IMG/VR virus record: IMGVR_UViG_3300035703_002708
Source: a virus
Taxonomy: Duplodnaviria > Caudoviricetes
DNA: 64,000 nt
Strand: one strand, 5' to 3'
Positions 1 through 9,739 of the stretch are shown here, piece after piece. The translations under genes and the position numbers were made by a program. The notes under the pieces were generated by a model. It ran no database searches. It saw nothing but the letters and a program-made list of their open reading frames with translations, and was not told the origin of the DNA. Positions within the stretch are counted from its first letter, which is position 1. Every line of letters starts with the position of its first letter.

Positions 1-231
1 GAATTTGATTCAGTTGAAGAGTCACAAGATGCAAGAGTTGCATTGGACGCCATGAAATGGAAGATGTCGATGTGGGACTTGGACCAAAAACTTCGCACGG
101 TCACAAAACACGGTATTAAATTTTCAAGTAACAACCAAGAAGCAACATCAGAAGAAATCGATTTTGCCGATAAAGTTCGTGAAGAAATCCGAGACATACT
201 TAATGGTTATGGTTTAAATTTAGAAGATTAA
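1..231 (+). CDS. hypothetical phage protein, 5'-truncated by window edge
   Basis: Frame 1 is open from base 1 to TAA at 229-231, so the tracked ATG at 43 is probably internal. Confidence 0.7.
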   Translation, partial: EFDSVEESQDARVALDAMKWKMSMWDLDQKLRTVTKHGIKFSSNNQEATSEEIDFADKVREEIRDILNGYGLNLED

Positions 232-234
232 GTT

Positions 235-558
235 ATGAACAGAGAAATTAAAAAAGGAAATCTTAACTATGACCAATCAGGTAGAGCATATCCTGATAAT
301 CCTGAAATTAAGGAAAATTGGGATTGTATTTGGGAAAATAATGGTAAATATTATGAGTTGGTTGGTGACAATGAACATAAGGAGTGGGAAGAAGTCAGTA
401 ATAGAATGAAAATCAACAGAGAAGAACTATACAAACTCTATATGGAGTGGGTGGAACAAGTTACGGAGGAATGTGATTGGAAGACTTCATTTGGTCCTGA
501 AGAAATAGTTGGAGCAATTGCTACCATTTTAGAAAATAATCCACATTTGTATGAGTAA
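235..558 (+). CDS. hypothetical protein
   Basis: 107-aa ORF in a tightly packed + strand run. Confidence 0.7.
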   Translation: MNREIKKGNLNYDQSGRAYPDNPEIKENWDCIWENNGKYYELVGDNEHKEWEEVSNRMKINREELYKLYMEWVEQVTEECDWKTSFGPEEIVGAIATILENNPHLYE

Positions 559-727
559 AGAATTAATCTCTAAACTTTTAAAGGCATCTCAAGAAATTGA
601 TAGAACACCCAAAGCCAATTACATCCATTTAACTACACACTTTATTCAAAGTGAGGCTGATAAAAATGGGGTTACATTTGATGAAATGGTTGAAATTATT
701 GAGAATGTCTTGAATCCAAAACAATAG
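551..727 (+). CDS. small hypothetical protein (58 aa, not in ORF track)
   Basis: ATG 551 to TAG 727 (MSKELISKLLK...) fills the gap and overlaps the previous stop. Confidence 0.6.
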   Translation: MSKELISKLLKASQEIDRTPKANYIHLTTHFIQSEADKNGVTFDEMVEIIENVLNPKQ

Positions 728-733
728 AAAGTT

Positions 734-949
734 ATGAATGATATAAATAAACTAATAGAACAAGGTAAAGAATTGGCTCGTAAACACGAAGAAATTCGTG
801 ATGAAATTCTAAACAATCCTGATATGGCTCAGGAATTAAAAGATATTATCATTAAAAATAGAATACCCGATGATAATGTTATCGATTTATCTGGGGGTAA
901 AAGAATAAAAAGAATAGACCCTGACACATTTGAAATTGAATATGAATAA
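734..949 (+). CDS. hypothetical protein
   Basis: 71-aa ORF whose stop overlaps the thyA start. Confidence 0.65.
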   Translation: MNDINKLIEQGKELARKHEEIRDEILNNPDMAQELKDIIIKNRIPDDNVIDLSGGKRIKRIDPDTFEIEYE

Positions 950-2072
950 CATCGATAAGCAATACCAAGCACTCCTACAAGACATACTTGACAATGGAGT
1001 TGAGAAGAAAGACCGCACAGGAACTGGTACCATTTCAGTGTTTGGTAGACAAATCCGTCATAAAATGTCTGATGGGTTTCCACTACTCACAACAAAGAAA
1101 ATGGCTTGGAAAACTATGGTAACAGAATTACTGTGGTTTTTAAAAGGTGATACTAATATCAAATACCTTGTTGATAATGATTGTCATATTTGGGATGGTG
1201 ATGCGTATAAGAACTTCAAGAGTAGATTTAGTCAAATGCCTGGCATTCAATCTTCGCTTCCTACAAAAGAAGAGTTTATCGATAAAATAAAAAATCAAGA
1301 TGGATATGCTGAATTGTGGGGTGAATTAGGACCAATTTATGGTAAACAGTGGAGAAAATGGGAAGTAAATGAACCCAAAGAAATTTTAAGAACTGAAAAT
1401 GTTACTTGGCCTTATGAACCAAACCCACACACATACCAACAAAGGGTAGGTACGTTCAAGATAAAACAAATAGACCAAATCCAAAATTTAATCAACAACC
1501 TTAAAACAAACCCAGACTCAAGACGATTAATGGTTAATGCTTGGAATGTAGGTGAATTGGACCAAATGGTTCTTCCACCCTGTCATTATGGATTTCAAGT
1601 TTATACAAGAGAGTTGAGTAGAGATGAACGATTTAGATTATATGTCAAAAGAGATAACCCATTATACCCTTTAAATGTTAAAGATGTTAACGAGTATTTA
1701 ACATTGATAGGAATACCTAAACGAGCAATCTCTTTAATGTGGAATCAACGTTCAGTAGATACATTCTTAGGTTTACCATTCAATATTGCTAGTTATGGTT
1801 TGCTGCTTGAAATTATTGCTAAGGAAATAAATATGGTACCTGATGAATTGATTGGAAACTTAGGTGATGTACATCTTTATAGTAACCATGTTGAACAGGC
1901 TAAGGAACAAATTAGTAGAAAACCATTTGAGTTGCCTAAATTAAATATTTTTGAACCAGCAATCGGTAAAGAAATATCTATACTGGATAATTTACATATA
2001 TGGTCACCTAATTGTTTTATTATAGAAAACTATCAATCACACCCCACCATTAAAGCACCTTTATCCAATTAA
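942..2072 (+). CDS. thyA: thymidylate synthase
   Basis: DRTGTGT, FPLLTTKK, ELLWFL, GPIYGKQWR, catalytic LPPCHY, QRSVD, GLPFNIASY and HPTIKAPLS end; ATG 942 preferred over TTG 930; carries in-frame insertions. Confidence 0.97.
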   Translation: MNNIDKQYQALLQDILDNGVEKKDRTGTGTISVFGRQIRHKMSDGFPLLTTKKMAWKTMVTELLWFLKGDTNIKYLVDNDCHIWDGDAYKNFKSRFSQMPGIQSSLPTKEEFIDKIKNQDGYAELWGELGPIYGKQWRKWEVNEPKEILRTENVTWPYEPNPHTYQQRVGTFKIKQIDQIQNLINNLKTNPDSRRLMVNAWNVGELDQMVLPPCHYGFQVYTRELSRDERFRLYVKRDNPLYPLNVKDVNEYLTLIGIPKRAISLMWNQRSVDTFLGLPFNIASYGLLLEIIAKEINMVPDELIGNLGDVHLYSNHVEQAKEQISRKPFELPKLNIFEPAIGKEISILDNLHIWSPNCFIIENYQSHPTIKAPLSN

Positions 2073-2074
2073 TC

Positions 2075-2659
2075 ATGGAACAACAAACAGATTTTCAAGA
2101 AATCTTAAAACTTATGACCCTCAAGTTAAATAATGTCTCATACAACAACGGTGATATATCAGACATAGGTAATGAAGTTGGGTTAGCAATTGGGTCAATT
2201 TTGGAAAATATGACCGATGAAGAAATAGATGACTTTGTAAGTGGATTTAGACACGGAGTAAGTTTAACAAATGGAACACATTAAATTATGAAAACAGAAT
2301 TAGAAATCAAACAAAAGTATGACGAAATGTTAAAACATACTGAATACTTGATGGGTCTTATAGAAAATTCGCCAGACTTAACTAATGACCAAATTAAAGA
2401 AATAATTTGTGAGCAAAACGCTCAACATCAGATGAATGCCTTGATGAGGTGGGTATTGAACATTAAACAATAAATTAATATATTTTGTATTATGGCAAAA
2501 CTTGAAACGCAATACGAAAACTATTTGAAGGAGGTACCAACCTCAACTTACTCATTTGATGAATGGTTAACCGAAGTTTGGGAACCTGAGATTGATGAAC
2601 TAAAGGAGTGGGATGTCACTTTATCAGATGGATTGGACGATACTGAAAAATGGAACTAA
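2075..2659 (+). CDS. three small hypothetical proteins (2075-2284, 2288-2473, 2492-2659)
   Basis: Consecutive short ATG ORFs with minimal spacing; the third was read by eye. Confidence 0.6.
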
Positions 2660-2774
2660 CAAAAATAAACTTAAATAAACAAAACCGAATGTTACGGATT
2701 GGTTTTGGGAAACACTATGGAACTTGGTTTTTCAGAATTGATTTGTGGTTCTTCGGTATAAGATTAAATTAATT

Positions 2775-3623
2775 ATGAAATTACAAGAATTATTAACAGA
2801 AATTCTCACATCAGGAGAATTTACCAAACCAAAGGACAAATTTGGAATTACTAATGAAACAATTTACGGAGAAGAATTAGAACAATTCAAAGACCGAATT
2901 TTACAAACAGAAGAGTTTGCCGACTGTGAAGAATTGATTATAATGAAACATCCAGTCAATCAAAACGAACTCGGAGAAGTAATCCACCCAAAGATGTATA
3001 AAGTAAGTAGCGAGGATAAACACACATTCAAAGGGAAGTGTTATTTGTTATCGTTAGCACTTACACCTGAAATGTATGACCCCAAGAAATTACACGAACC
3101 TGTATTGGAAGGTGCTTGTATTACACCAACTATTTATGACCAACAAACTTTTGAACCAAAAAAGAAAATTGTTTTAGAATTTTCTCCTGAATTGGCACAA
3201 GACCAACATATATATGATTTGGGTAATCCATCTATGATTGAGGATGCCGAAAAAAACGGAGAAACAATTTTAAGAAAACAATTACACGAAAAACTTGATA
3301 AGATTTTAGACAATCCTGAAAATTATAAAGTTAAAGGTGAAAAAGGTATGTTGGTGAGAGGTCTTTTTGAAGAAGTTAATAACAAAAATACAAATTCCAA
3401 AACCGACCTTTTAGGACTTCAAACAGAAAAACAAACTCACACAACAGTTTATTTCTTTGAAAAAGACGAAAAAAACTCAACCGAAGGTCAAGTTAGTCTC
3501 AAACTATCAACTATTCCAATTCCAATCGAACTTCGTGATAAATTTGTGGAAGAAGTAGGTTCCGACCCAATGAAAATAACAAGACAAGAAATAGAAGATT
3601 TCTTAAAAAGAAATGAAAAATAA
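2775..3623 (+). CDS. hypothetical protein
   Basis: ATG 2775 (MKLQELLTE) in the tracked 292-aa frame. Confidence 0.75.
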   Translation: MKLQELLTEILTSGEFTKPKDKFGITNETIYGEELEQFKDRILQTEEFADCEELIIMKHPVNQNELGEVIHPKMYKVSSEDKHTFKGKCYLLSLALTPEMYDPKKLHEPVLEGACITPTIYDQQTFEPKKKIVLEFSPELAQDQHIYDLGNPSMIEDAEKNGETILRKQLHEKLDKILDNPENYKVKGEKGMLVRGLFEEVNNKNTNSKTDLLGLQTEKQTHTTVYFFEKDEKNSTEGQVSLKLSTIPIPIELRDKFVEEVGSDPMKITRQEIEDFLKRNEK

Positions 3624-3810
3624 ATCTCCGAGATATATATAAATAATCAACCTAATCAAATTCAGAAATGAAAGATAACTTGGAAGATAAATTATCAAAA
3701 TATAAATTCAGAATGGAATTATTGCGGACTGGTATTGGTGTGGTAGTATTAATCATTCAATTAATCATATTAAACCATTTGCTCAGTCAATAAACATTAA
3801 AACCACCTTT

Positions 3811-4008
3811 ATGGATTCGATTCCCCTGTATAGTTACATCGCAAATTTTTCACCCAACCCAATAGGAATAACACTTTACGACAATCATAATCAAGAGATT
3901 GGTCAATTTTTAGGAACAGACATTATTGATGGGTATGTATTCGTTCACGATGGAACAGAATTATATACCAAAGATATGAAAGAGTGTTTCGTAATGGAGG
4001 GAGCATAG
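3811..4008 (+). CDS. hypothetical protein
   Basis: 65-aa ORF. Confidence 0.5.
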   Translation: MDSIPLYSYIANFSPNPIGITLYDNHNQEIGQFLGTDIIDGYVFVHDGTELYTKDMKECFVMEGA

Positions 4009-4051
4009 ATATCTGAATTTAAGTGACCCATAGATATTTATGTAATAAATT

Positions 4052-4387
4052 ATGGGTTACACACATTTAGATAAATTGTTAAACGTTGTATTAAAACTCA
4101 AATACGATTGGATATCAAAAATAGATATTCCATATCATTATGAAACTGCACACGGTGATGTGTATTATGTTCATTTATATGTGAATGACGATATATTAAA
4201 AATATTAGATGACCCAAAACTCTTTCCAAAAAATCAATATAAAATTCCCCTTGATGAGTTTGAAAAGAAAACCAAAACAAAATTCAAATCATTAAGAAGA
4301 GATATTGATGACTTGTTTCGTTCACAAATATTATCAGGTCAGGTTGAGCAGGACATATGGATTTTCGTACCAGAACATTTAAGATAA
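4052..4387 (+). CDS. hypothetical protein (dispersed paralog family)
   Basis: LDKLLNVVLKLKYDWISKIDI resembles the N-terminal domains of 20524 and 21551; TATTTAT at 4035-4041. Confidence 0.7.
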   Translation: MGYTHLDKLLNVVLKLKYDWISKIDIPYHYETAHGDVYYVHLYVNDDILKILDDPKLFPKNQYKIPLDEFEKKTKTKFKSLRRDIDDLFRSQILSGQVEQDIWIFVPEHLR

Positions 4388-4409
4388 TTTGGAATACTAA
4401 TTGATATCT

Positions 4410-5393
4410 ATGAAAAAAATTATTCTTATGAAAACTATATTCTACCTTCTGTTAGTCATTTTTATGACATCTTGCTCGTTTTATAACGTAACGGGACAAT
4501 CACCATATCAATACACATCTGTGTCAGAACAAGTAATTGTAAATGACTTTTATGATGAACCATTCGATGTTCAAAATGTTTACATAAATTACACACCAAC
4601 ATTTTCATTTGTTGATTATTACTCTTGGTATTGGTGGAGACCAAACAGAAGATTTTATTATTGGATGTATCCGACAACCAATTATTGGGGTTGGAACTCT
4701 TGGAACGGATGGAATTATTATAATAGTTGGGGATGGAATAGTTGGAATTATTATGGTTGGAATAACTATGGGTATTATCCATATTACTTAAATAATTGGT
4801 CGTATTATAATAACATATACCATCCTTACACTTATAATCCATATTTTTACCATCCAAACAATTTCGGTGTAGGTTGCCATAGTCCATTTTATAAACAAAA
4901 TACACACAATTGGAAAAAGAGTTTGAACCAACCAACTGTAAATCTTCAAAAACTTGCTCACAACAAAACAAATTATACCTCAATAAAACCTGAACCAGTA
5001 AAAACCTTTTCAGGTAATTCTCCAAAAAGACCTGATAACCTTTCTCAAAGAAGTTATGATAGACCAAAACAAGATTTGAGAGTTTATAACGAACAAAGAT
5101 ATAATACACCAAGTCGTAATACTGAAACAAGAACCTATACAAAACCTGAAAGAGTTGAGTATAAAAGGGAAACTTACGAACCAACAAGGTCAACATATCA
5201 AAGGCAAGAAAGAACTAATCAGATTAGACCAAATTACGAAAGACCAAAATCAAATTATCGACCAAGTAACCAACCTTCAAGGTCATCATATCAACCAAGA
5301 ACAAATTACGGAGGAACAAGAAGTAATTTTGGTGGGTCAAGAGGAAATTCTCCAAGTCCAAGAAGTAATTTCGGTGTAAAAGGAGGAAGATAG
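4410..5393 (+). CDS. putative lipoprotein, W/Y/N-rich core and disordered R/S/G tail
   Basis: Hydrophobic signal ending MTS-C lipobox; low-complexity WGWNSWNxY repeats. Confidence 0.7.
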   Translation: MKKIILMKTIFYLLLVIFMTSCSFYNVTGQSPYQYTSVSEQVIVNDFYDEPFDVQNVYINYTPTFSFVDYYSWYWWRPNRRFYYWMYPTTNYWGWNSWNGWNYYNSWGWNSWNYYGWNNYGYYPYYLNNWSYYNNIYHPYTYNPYFYHPNNFGVGCHSPFYKQNTHNWKKSLNQPTVNLQKLAHNKTNYTSIKPEPVKTFSGNSPKRPDNLSQRSYDRPKQDLRVYNEQRYNTPSRNTETRTYTKPERVEYKRETYEPTRSTYQRQERTNQIRPNYERPKSNYRPSNQPSRSSYQPRTNYGGTRSNFGGSRGNSPSPRSNFGVKGGR

Positions 5394-5406
5394 CATATTT
5401 ATTAAC

Positions 5407-5865
5407 ATGGGAAGCATAGAAATAGACAAATTATCACCAAAGACAATCATAGTAATTTCTAAATTGGTTTATGAAAGTCAAGGTTCTGGCACTTTTGATT
5501 TAGATGATTTGAACAAGGCAATTAAAAAACTTGGTATCCACACAGATTTTAATTTAGATGTTAGTTTTGTTTATGAAGTTATACAACTTAATGAACAAAA
5601 ATTTCAAACTAATACAATTTCAATAGAAAACTTAATTTTACCTGAATTAAAAGATTTGGACGTTGAATACTATAAAACCTATTCAGAAATAGTGACATAT
5701 TATTACCAAAAAGACCTCCAATCATACTCGAAAAAGAAAGCGATTGTAGATAATTTTTTCAGATATGAAGGAAGTGATTATGTTGATATTGATTATGCAA
5801 CAGAATATGACAAAGATTATGGTGATTCAGAATATTTGGATGGAGGAATTAATAATATCAATTGA
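5407..5865 (+). CDS. hypothetical protein
   Basis: 152-aa ORF after TATTTAT 5396-5402. Confidence 0.7.
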   Translation: MGSIEIDKLSPKTIIVISKLVYESQGSGTFDLDDLNKAIKKLGIHTDFNLDVSFVYEVIQLNEQKFQTNTISIENLILPELKDLDVEYYKTYSEIVTYYYQKDLQSYSKKKAIVDNFFRYEGSDYVDIDYATEYDKDYGDSEYLDGGINNIN

Positions 5866-5943
5866 CACTTTACAACCCCAATTTGTTTCATAAAATTAAT
5901 CAAACTATGAAACGAAATAAAAACATAAAACTTAACTTATAAT

Positions 5944-5972
5944 AAGTCCCTCATTTATTGAGGGATTTTTTT
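5944..5972 (+). terminator. intrinsic terminator
   Basis: TCCCTCA-TTTAT-TGAGGGA hairpin followed by T8. Confidence 0.7.
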
Positions 5973-6004
5973 TGCCCGTACATAAACAAATAAAAATAAA
6001 AAAA

Positions 6005-6814
6005 ATGGAAGACATTTTAATCTACAACGAATTAATTCAGAAACTCAGATTTTTCTTTCTGAAAAGGGGATATGTTGAGGTCCCAACACAATCAAACTTA
6101 TCAATCTTGGCGGCTTGTGAAAACCCACAGTCAATTGTCAAATATGTATTTGACGGACAAGAATGGCCTATGATTCAAACAGGTCAAATGGTATTAGAAG
6201 AAGTATTACTTAAAAATCCTGATTGGGAAGGAGTATTTTGTATCACAACATCTTATAGAGATGAGAAGGACCCAATACCTGGAAGACACAACAAAGTGTT
6301 CCCTATGTTTGAATTTGAATCAAAAGGTGGGTTTGAAGAGTTAAAGCAAGTAGAAAAAGAATTACTTGAATATCTAGGTTTCAGAACACCACTTGAAGTC
6401 ACATACGAAGATATGTGTAAAAAATATAACACAAGTATTGTTGAAGCAGAGCACGAGACAAAAATGTGGAGTAATCTCGGAACGTCAATCTCATTACAGA
6501 AGTTTCCTAAAAGAACATCACCTTTTTTCAATATGAAATCAGAAGATGGAGAAACATTTCAAAAGATTGATGTGATTCTTTTTGGTATGGAAACAATCGG
6601 AAGTGCGGTGAGAAGTTCTGACCCTGTTATGATGAGAAAAATGTTTTATGAAATCTCAGATGGTGAATATGCCGGTAAATTATTTGAGTTATTCGGCAGA
6701 GAAAGAGTTGAAAAAGAATTGGAAGAATTTTTATCTAACAAGTTCTTTGACAGGTTCGGTGCTGGTATTGGAATGACCAGATTAATGAGAGCGTACCAAT
6801 TACTAAAACAATAA
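6005..6814 (+). CDS. class IIb aminoacyl-tRNA synthetase catalytic-domain-only paralog (AsnRS/AspRS-like; AsnS2/EpmA-type architecture)
   Basis: Motif 1 FFLKRGYVEVPT, motif 2 YRDE...GRH..FPMFEFE, motif 3 GAGIGMTRL; no N-terminal OB anticodon-binding domain. Confidence 0.85.
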   Translation: MEDILIYNELIQKLRFFFLKRGYVEVPTQSNLSILAACENPQSIVKYVFDGQEWPMIQTGQMVLEEVLLKNPDWEGVFCITTSYRDEKDPIPGRHNKVFPMFEFESKGGFEELKQVEKELLEYLGFRTPLEVTYEDMCKKYNTSIVEAEHETKMWSNLGTSISLQKFPKRTSPFFNMKSEDGETFQKIDVILFGMETIGSAVRSSDPVMMRKMFYEISDGEYAGKLFELFGRERVEKELEEFLSNKFFDRFGAGIGMTRLMRAYQLLKQ

Positions 6815-6866
6815 CTTGTAAAACAAATATTACACTTAATCCGAATATTTATAGTTAAAAACTATA

Positions 6867-7118
6867 ATGTTAAAATTAACTTGGATATTCGGATTAATTT
6901 TACTTTTCTTCATTTTTTTATTTATCAATCACAAGTTGAATAAAAAAATAGAGTTATTCAAATCAATCCAAGAACCCACCAAAAAAGAAAAAATAAAGTT
7001 AATTTTATATTTAGGTTTAGATAAGTTATTAAGTTTCGTTTTACTTCTATATTTTATGGTGGTACTTTTGAGTATTGTGGGAATTATGGCTTTATTAACA
7101 ATTGCATTATTTAATTAA
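6867..7118 (+). CDS. small membrane protein (2 TM)
   Basis: Two hydrophobic stretches; TATTTAT 6846-6852. Confidence 0.65.
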   Translation: MLKLTWIFGLILLFFIFLFINHKLNKKIELFKSIQEPTKKEKIKLILYLGLDKLLSFVLLLYFMVVLLSIVGIMALLTIALFN

Positions 7119-7120
7119 AA

Positions 7121-7567
7121 ATGGAAAACAAAAATTTAAAAAAAATGGTTGAGTCCGAAATGAAAAAAAGAGGACTTATTGAACAAGAAATGATGGGTGA
7201 ATCAAACCCATTTGTTGAAATGATTTCAAAATTACGATTTTCAGTAGAACAAACACAAGTTTATCACTGGCAAAGTCAATCTTATGCTGAACATATCGCA
7301 CTTAACGAATATTATGATGGTATTCCTGCGATTGTTGATGGTATTGTTGAATCTTATCAGGGTAAATACGGCATCCAAAAAGGATACAGATTATTCGAAG
7401 TTAGAGATTATTCAACACCTGAAGAAGTAATTAACTTTCTAAAAAAATTGGACGAAGATGTCGAAATGCTCCGTCAACCAATCAAAGAAAGTTATATTCA
7501 AAATCAGATTGACAATGTTCTACAACTAATTGAAACAACGGTCTATAAATTAGAAAACCTTAAATAA
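7121..7567 (+). CDS. DUF5856 family (Dps/ferritin-like) protein
   Basis: QVYHWQ..SYAEHIALNEYYD...VDGIVESYQGKYG, ferritin-like His/Asp/Glu pattern. Confidence 0.75.
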   Translation: MENKNLKKMVESEMKKRGLIEQEMMGESNPFVEMISKLRFSVEQTQVYHWQSQSYAEHIALNEYYDGIPAIVDGIVESYQGKYGIQKGYRLFEVRDYSTPEEVINFLKKLDEDVEMLRQPIKESYIQNQIDNVLQLIETTVYKLENLK

Positions 7568-7602
7568 CAAAAAACCCCTCCAAAAAAGAGGGGTTTTGTT
7601 TT
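7568..7602. terminator. bidirectional intrinsic terminator between convergent genes
   Basis: AAAAAACCCCTC-CAAAAAA-GAGGGGTTTTGTTTT. Confidence 0.75.
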
Positions 7603-7616
7603 TATATATGTTGAGT

Positions 7617-8348
7617 TTAGAAATCTAATTTAACATCAAAGTCATAATTGTCAGAATAACCTTCTTCACCATTCATATTCATTTCTAATGACCAACTAAC
7701 TTTACCAGGTTCAGAGAAGTTAAGAATAATTTGTCCGTAACCACCCTCATTATTTTCCCAACCACCATAATGCTTTTCCAAAAGATTGTAACCAAAATCC
7801 TCAAATGTTGAGGGTAGTGTGACAGTTCCACCCAACTCGTTCTCACCATCAGCCTCAATATACCCACTATCACCGCCACCATCAAATTTCATGGTGATAA
7901 TATCTCCGTTGAGGTCATCTGAATCGTTTTTGGAGTTTATAAGCGCTTGTGCAATATCTTGTTTAGCCTCACCATCATTCTCCATATATGATGATTCATA
8001 ATAACTTACATCATGACCAAAATTTAATGTTTTGTTTTCGTAATTGAATTCACACCAAATTGAACCCCAACTTTCCTCACTTTGGTCGGCAAATGGTTGA
8101 TAAAAAGTGTCCATATTATCCTCTACAAATTCAAAAACCAAATCATATAGTGAATCATAATCTATATTTTTTGACCCACTTTCTGTTTCAATTGAACATT
8201 CAGGTCCGTGCCAGTCTTGTTCTAAACCACCACCTTGCTCAACTTGAAACCTCATATAAATTTCAGGTCGTTTAGGTTTATAAGATTTGGCAAGTAATGC
8301 TGCTCTCTTAAATAGTTTTTTGTGTTCGTCTGTTAAAATTACTTCCAT
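7617..8348 (-). CDS. DUF6878-like protein, apparently two tandem copies of the domain
   Basis: KFDGGGDSGYIE and GWENNEGGYG signature in the C-half; weaker QGGGLE...SWGSIW copy in the N-half. Confidence 0.65.
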   Translation of the reverse strand: MEVILTDEHKKLFKRAALLAKSYKPKRPEIYMRFQVEQGGGLEQDWHGPECSIETESGSKNIDYDSLYDLVFEFVEDNMDTFYQPFADQSEESWGSIWCEFNYENKTLNFGHDVSYYESSYMENDGEAKQDIAQALINSKNDSDDLNGDIITMKFDGGGDSGYIEADGENELGGTVTLPSTFEDFGYNLLEKHYGGWENNEGGYGQIILNFSEPGKVSWSLEMNMNGEEGYSDNYDFDVKLDF

Positions 8349-8372
8349 AAAAAAATTTTACTATAAATATTG

Positions 8373-8726
8373 TTAATCTTCCAAATTGATTTTCATAGTT
8401 TTCATCATCCAAATCGGTCGTTCATTTTTTTCTAAACAAACAATCCAATCCTTAGCCGATGGAATGAAGTTATTACAATCTTCTTTTACGTGCTGCTCAC
8501 CAATGTATCTGGTATATACAATTTTACCATCTGAGTTGGTAAAGTAACTACCAAATACTTTTTCACATTCAAATATTCCCTCACTATGATGACGAAACAC
8601 TCTATGGATAGAATGTCCATACCAAGCCTTAGTTTCATCAAACCATTCGTGGATTTTGATGTAGTCCTCAGGTTTTCCTCCAAATTGTTTTACAGATGAC
8701 TTAGCGTGAACTAATGGATGTGCCAT
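8373..8726 (-). CDS. DUF6915 family protein
   Basis: MAHPLVHAKSS..FGGKPEDY..IHEWFD..K....HR..RHHSEGIFE signature. Confidence 0.8.
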   Translation of the reverse strand: MAHPLVHAKSSVKQFGGKPEDYIKIHEWFDETKAWYGHSIHRVFRHHSEGIFECEKVFGSYFTNSDGKIVYTRYIGEQHVKEDCNNFIPSAKDWIVCLEKNERPIWMMKTMKINLED

Positions 8727-8742
8727 ACCAAATAAGTTTCAA

Positions 8743-8774
8743 CAAAGATATATAATCTAACTTCAAATATCAAA
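8743..8774 (-). promoter_or_regulatory. Bacteroidota housekeeping-type promoter (TTTG-N20-TATCTTTG)
   Basis: Matches the -33/-7 consensus just upstream of the DUF6915 ATG. Confidence 0.75.
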
Positions 8775-8797
8775 CAAATATTGATATATTTATTAAT

Positions 8798-9265
8798 ATG
8801 CCAAAAACAGAAAAGTCATTAAAGTCGGAGAAAATAATTGAAAAGTTAATCAACATGAACAACGTTTTAGAAGTTGAAGATGTTGATGCGATGGGTCAAG
8901 ATGTTTTGGTTAAAGTGACAATCAAGTTTGACCCAGAAACAAGTATTGATGAAATTGATGAAGATTATATAGAAAGACATAATAGTGTTCATGCTCATGG
9001 TCCATACGGTAATTTAAGTAGAATAAAAGAAGGTGTTAAATTTTATGGTACGGTAAAGGTAAGAGTTGTAAAATTAGTTGAGATGTGGTTCGATGAAGAT
9101 GATGTAGAACAGGAATCAACAAATATAAATCCACAAAAAGACGATTTAAGTTGGGGAGTAAGAGATGGAATTTATGACCAACTCATTACGAGATTATATA
9201 AATTTCTACCTGATAGTCTATACGATATAGATGTAGATTTTACTTTCAAAAAATATGGAATATAA
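8798..9265 (+). CDS. hypothetical protein
   Basis: 155-aa ORF after TATTTAT 8787-8793. Confidence 0.7.
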   Translation: MPKTEKSLKSEKIIEKLINMNNVLEVEDVDAMGQDVLVKVTIKFDPETSIDEIDEDYIERHNSVHAHGPYGNLSRIKEGVKFYGTVKVRVVKLVEMWFDEDDVEQESTNINPQKDDLSWGVRDGIYDQLITRLYKFLPDSLYDIDVDFTFKKYGI

Positions 9266-9689
9266 AGTAGGAAACGATTATCAGTGGGGTCATTGTCATT
9301 TCTTTGCGAGATATGTAAAGAAAGTATTCCAAAAGTTATTATCAAACAAAGAAATAAAGTTTTATTTGTTGTTGGCGAATAGAATTGATGACGATGATGA
9401 AGTGATTGATGAGGTATTGATACATGCTTACTTGAAAATTGATGATTACTATATTGATTCCGAAGGTGTGTTTGATAAAGAAGAGACCGAAAGAAGAGTT
9501 ATGGAGTGGGCGGATAGAGAAAAAGACTTAACACCAGATGGGTATGACTTTGAAACTTGGGAAGATGTCACAGACGAAATTCCTGAAATATTTTTTAATA
9601 GGTTTTGTTCAACCAAACATTTGGAACAAGATGTAAAACAATTTATGAAACGACCTGATATTGTGTCGTTAATAAAATCTTTAAAATAA
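9255..9689 (+). CDS. hypothetical protein (YxWGxCHFFA...HAY motif)
   Basis: 144-aa ORF; the Cys...His pattern could be a papain-like fold but is unverified. Confidence 0.6.
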   Translation: MEYKVGNDYQWGHCHFFARYVKKVFQKLLSNKEIKFYLLLANRIDDDDEVIDEVLIHAYLKIDDYYIDSEGVFDKEETERRVMEWADREKDLTPDGYDFETWEDVTDEIPEIFFNRFCSTKHLEQDVKQFMKRPDIVSLIKSLK

Positions 9690-9690
9690 T

Positions 9691-9721
9691 TTTGTTTATT
9701 AGAAAACTTTGCATACCTTTG
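9691..9721 (+). promoter_or_regulatory. Bacteroidota housekeeping-type promoter (TTTG-N19-TACCTTTG)
   Basis: Exact consensus spacing upstream of ATG 9740. Confidence 0.75.
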
Positions 9722-9739
9722 TTAATTAAATAAAAGGTC

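Noticed and set aside
942-2072. Intron or intein in thyA
   Set aside because: The frame is continuous; the extra segments are short in-frame insertions with no splicing or endonuclease motifs.
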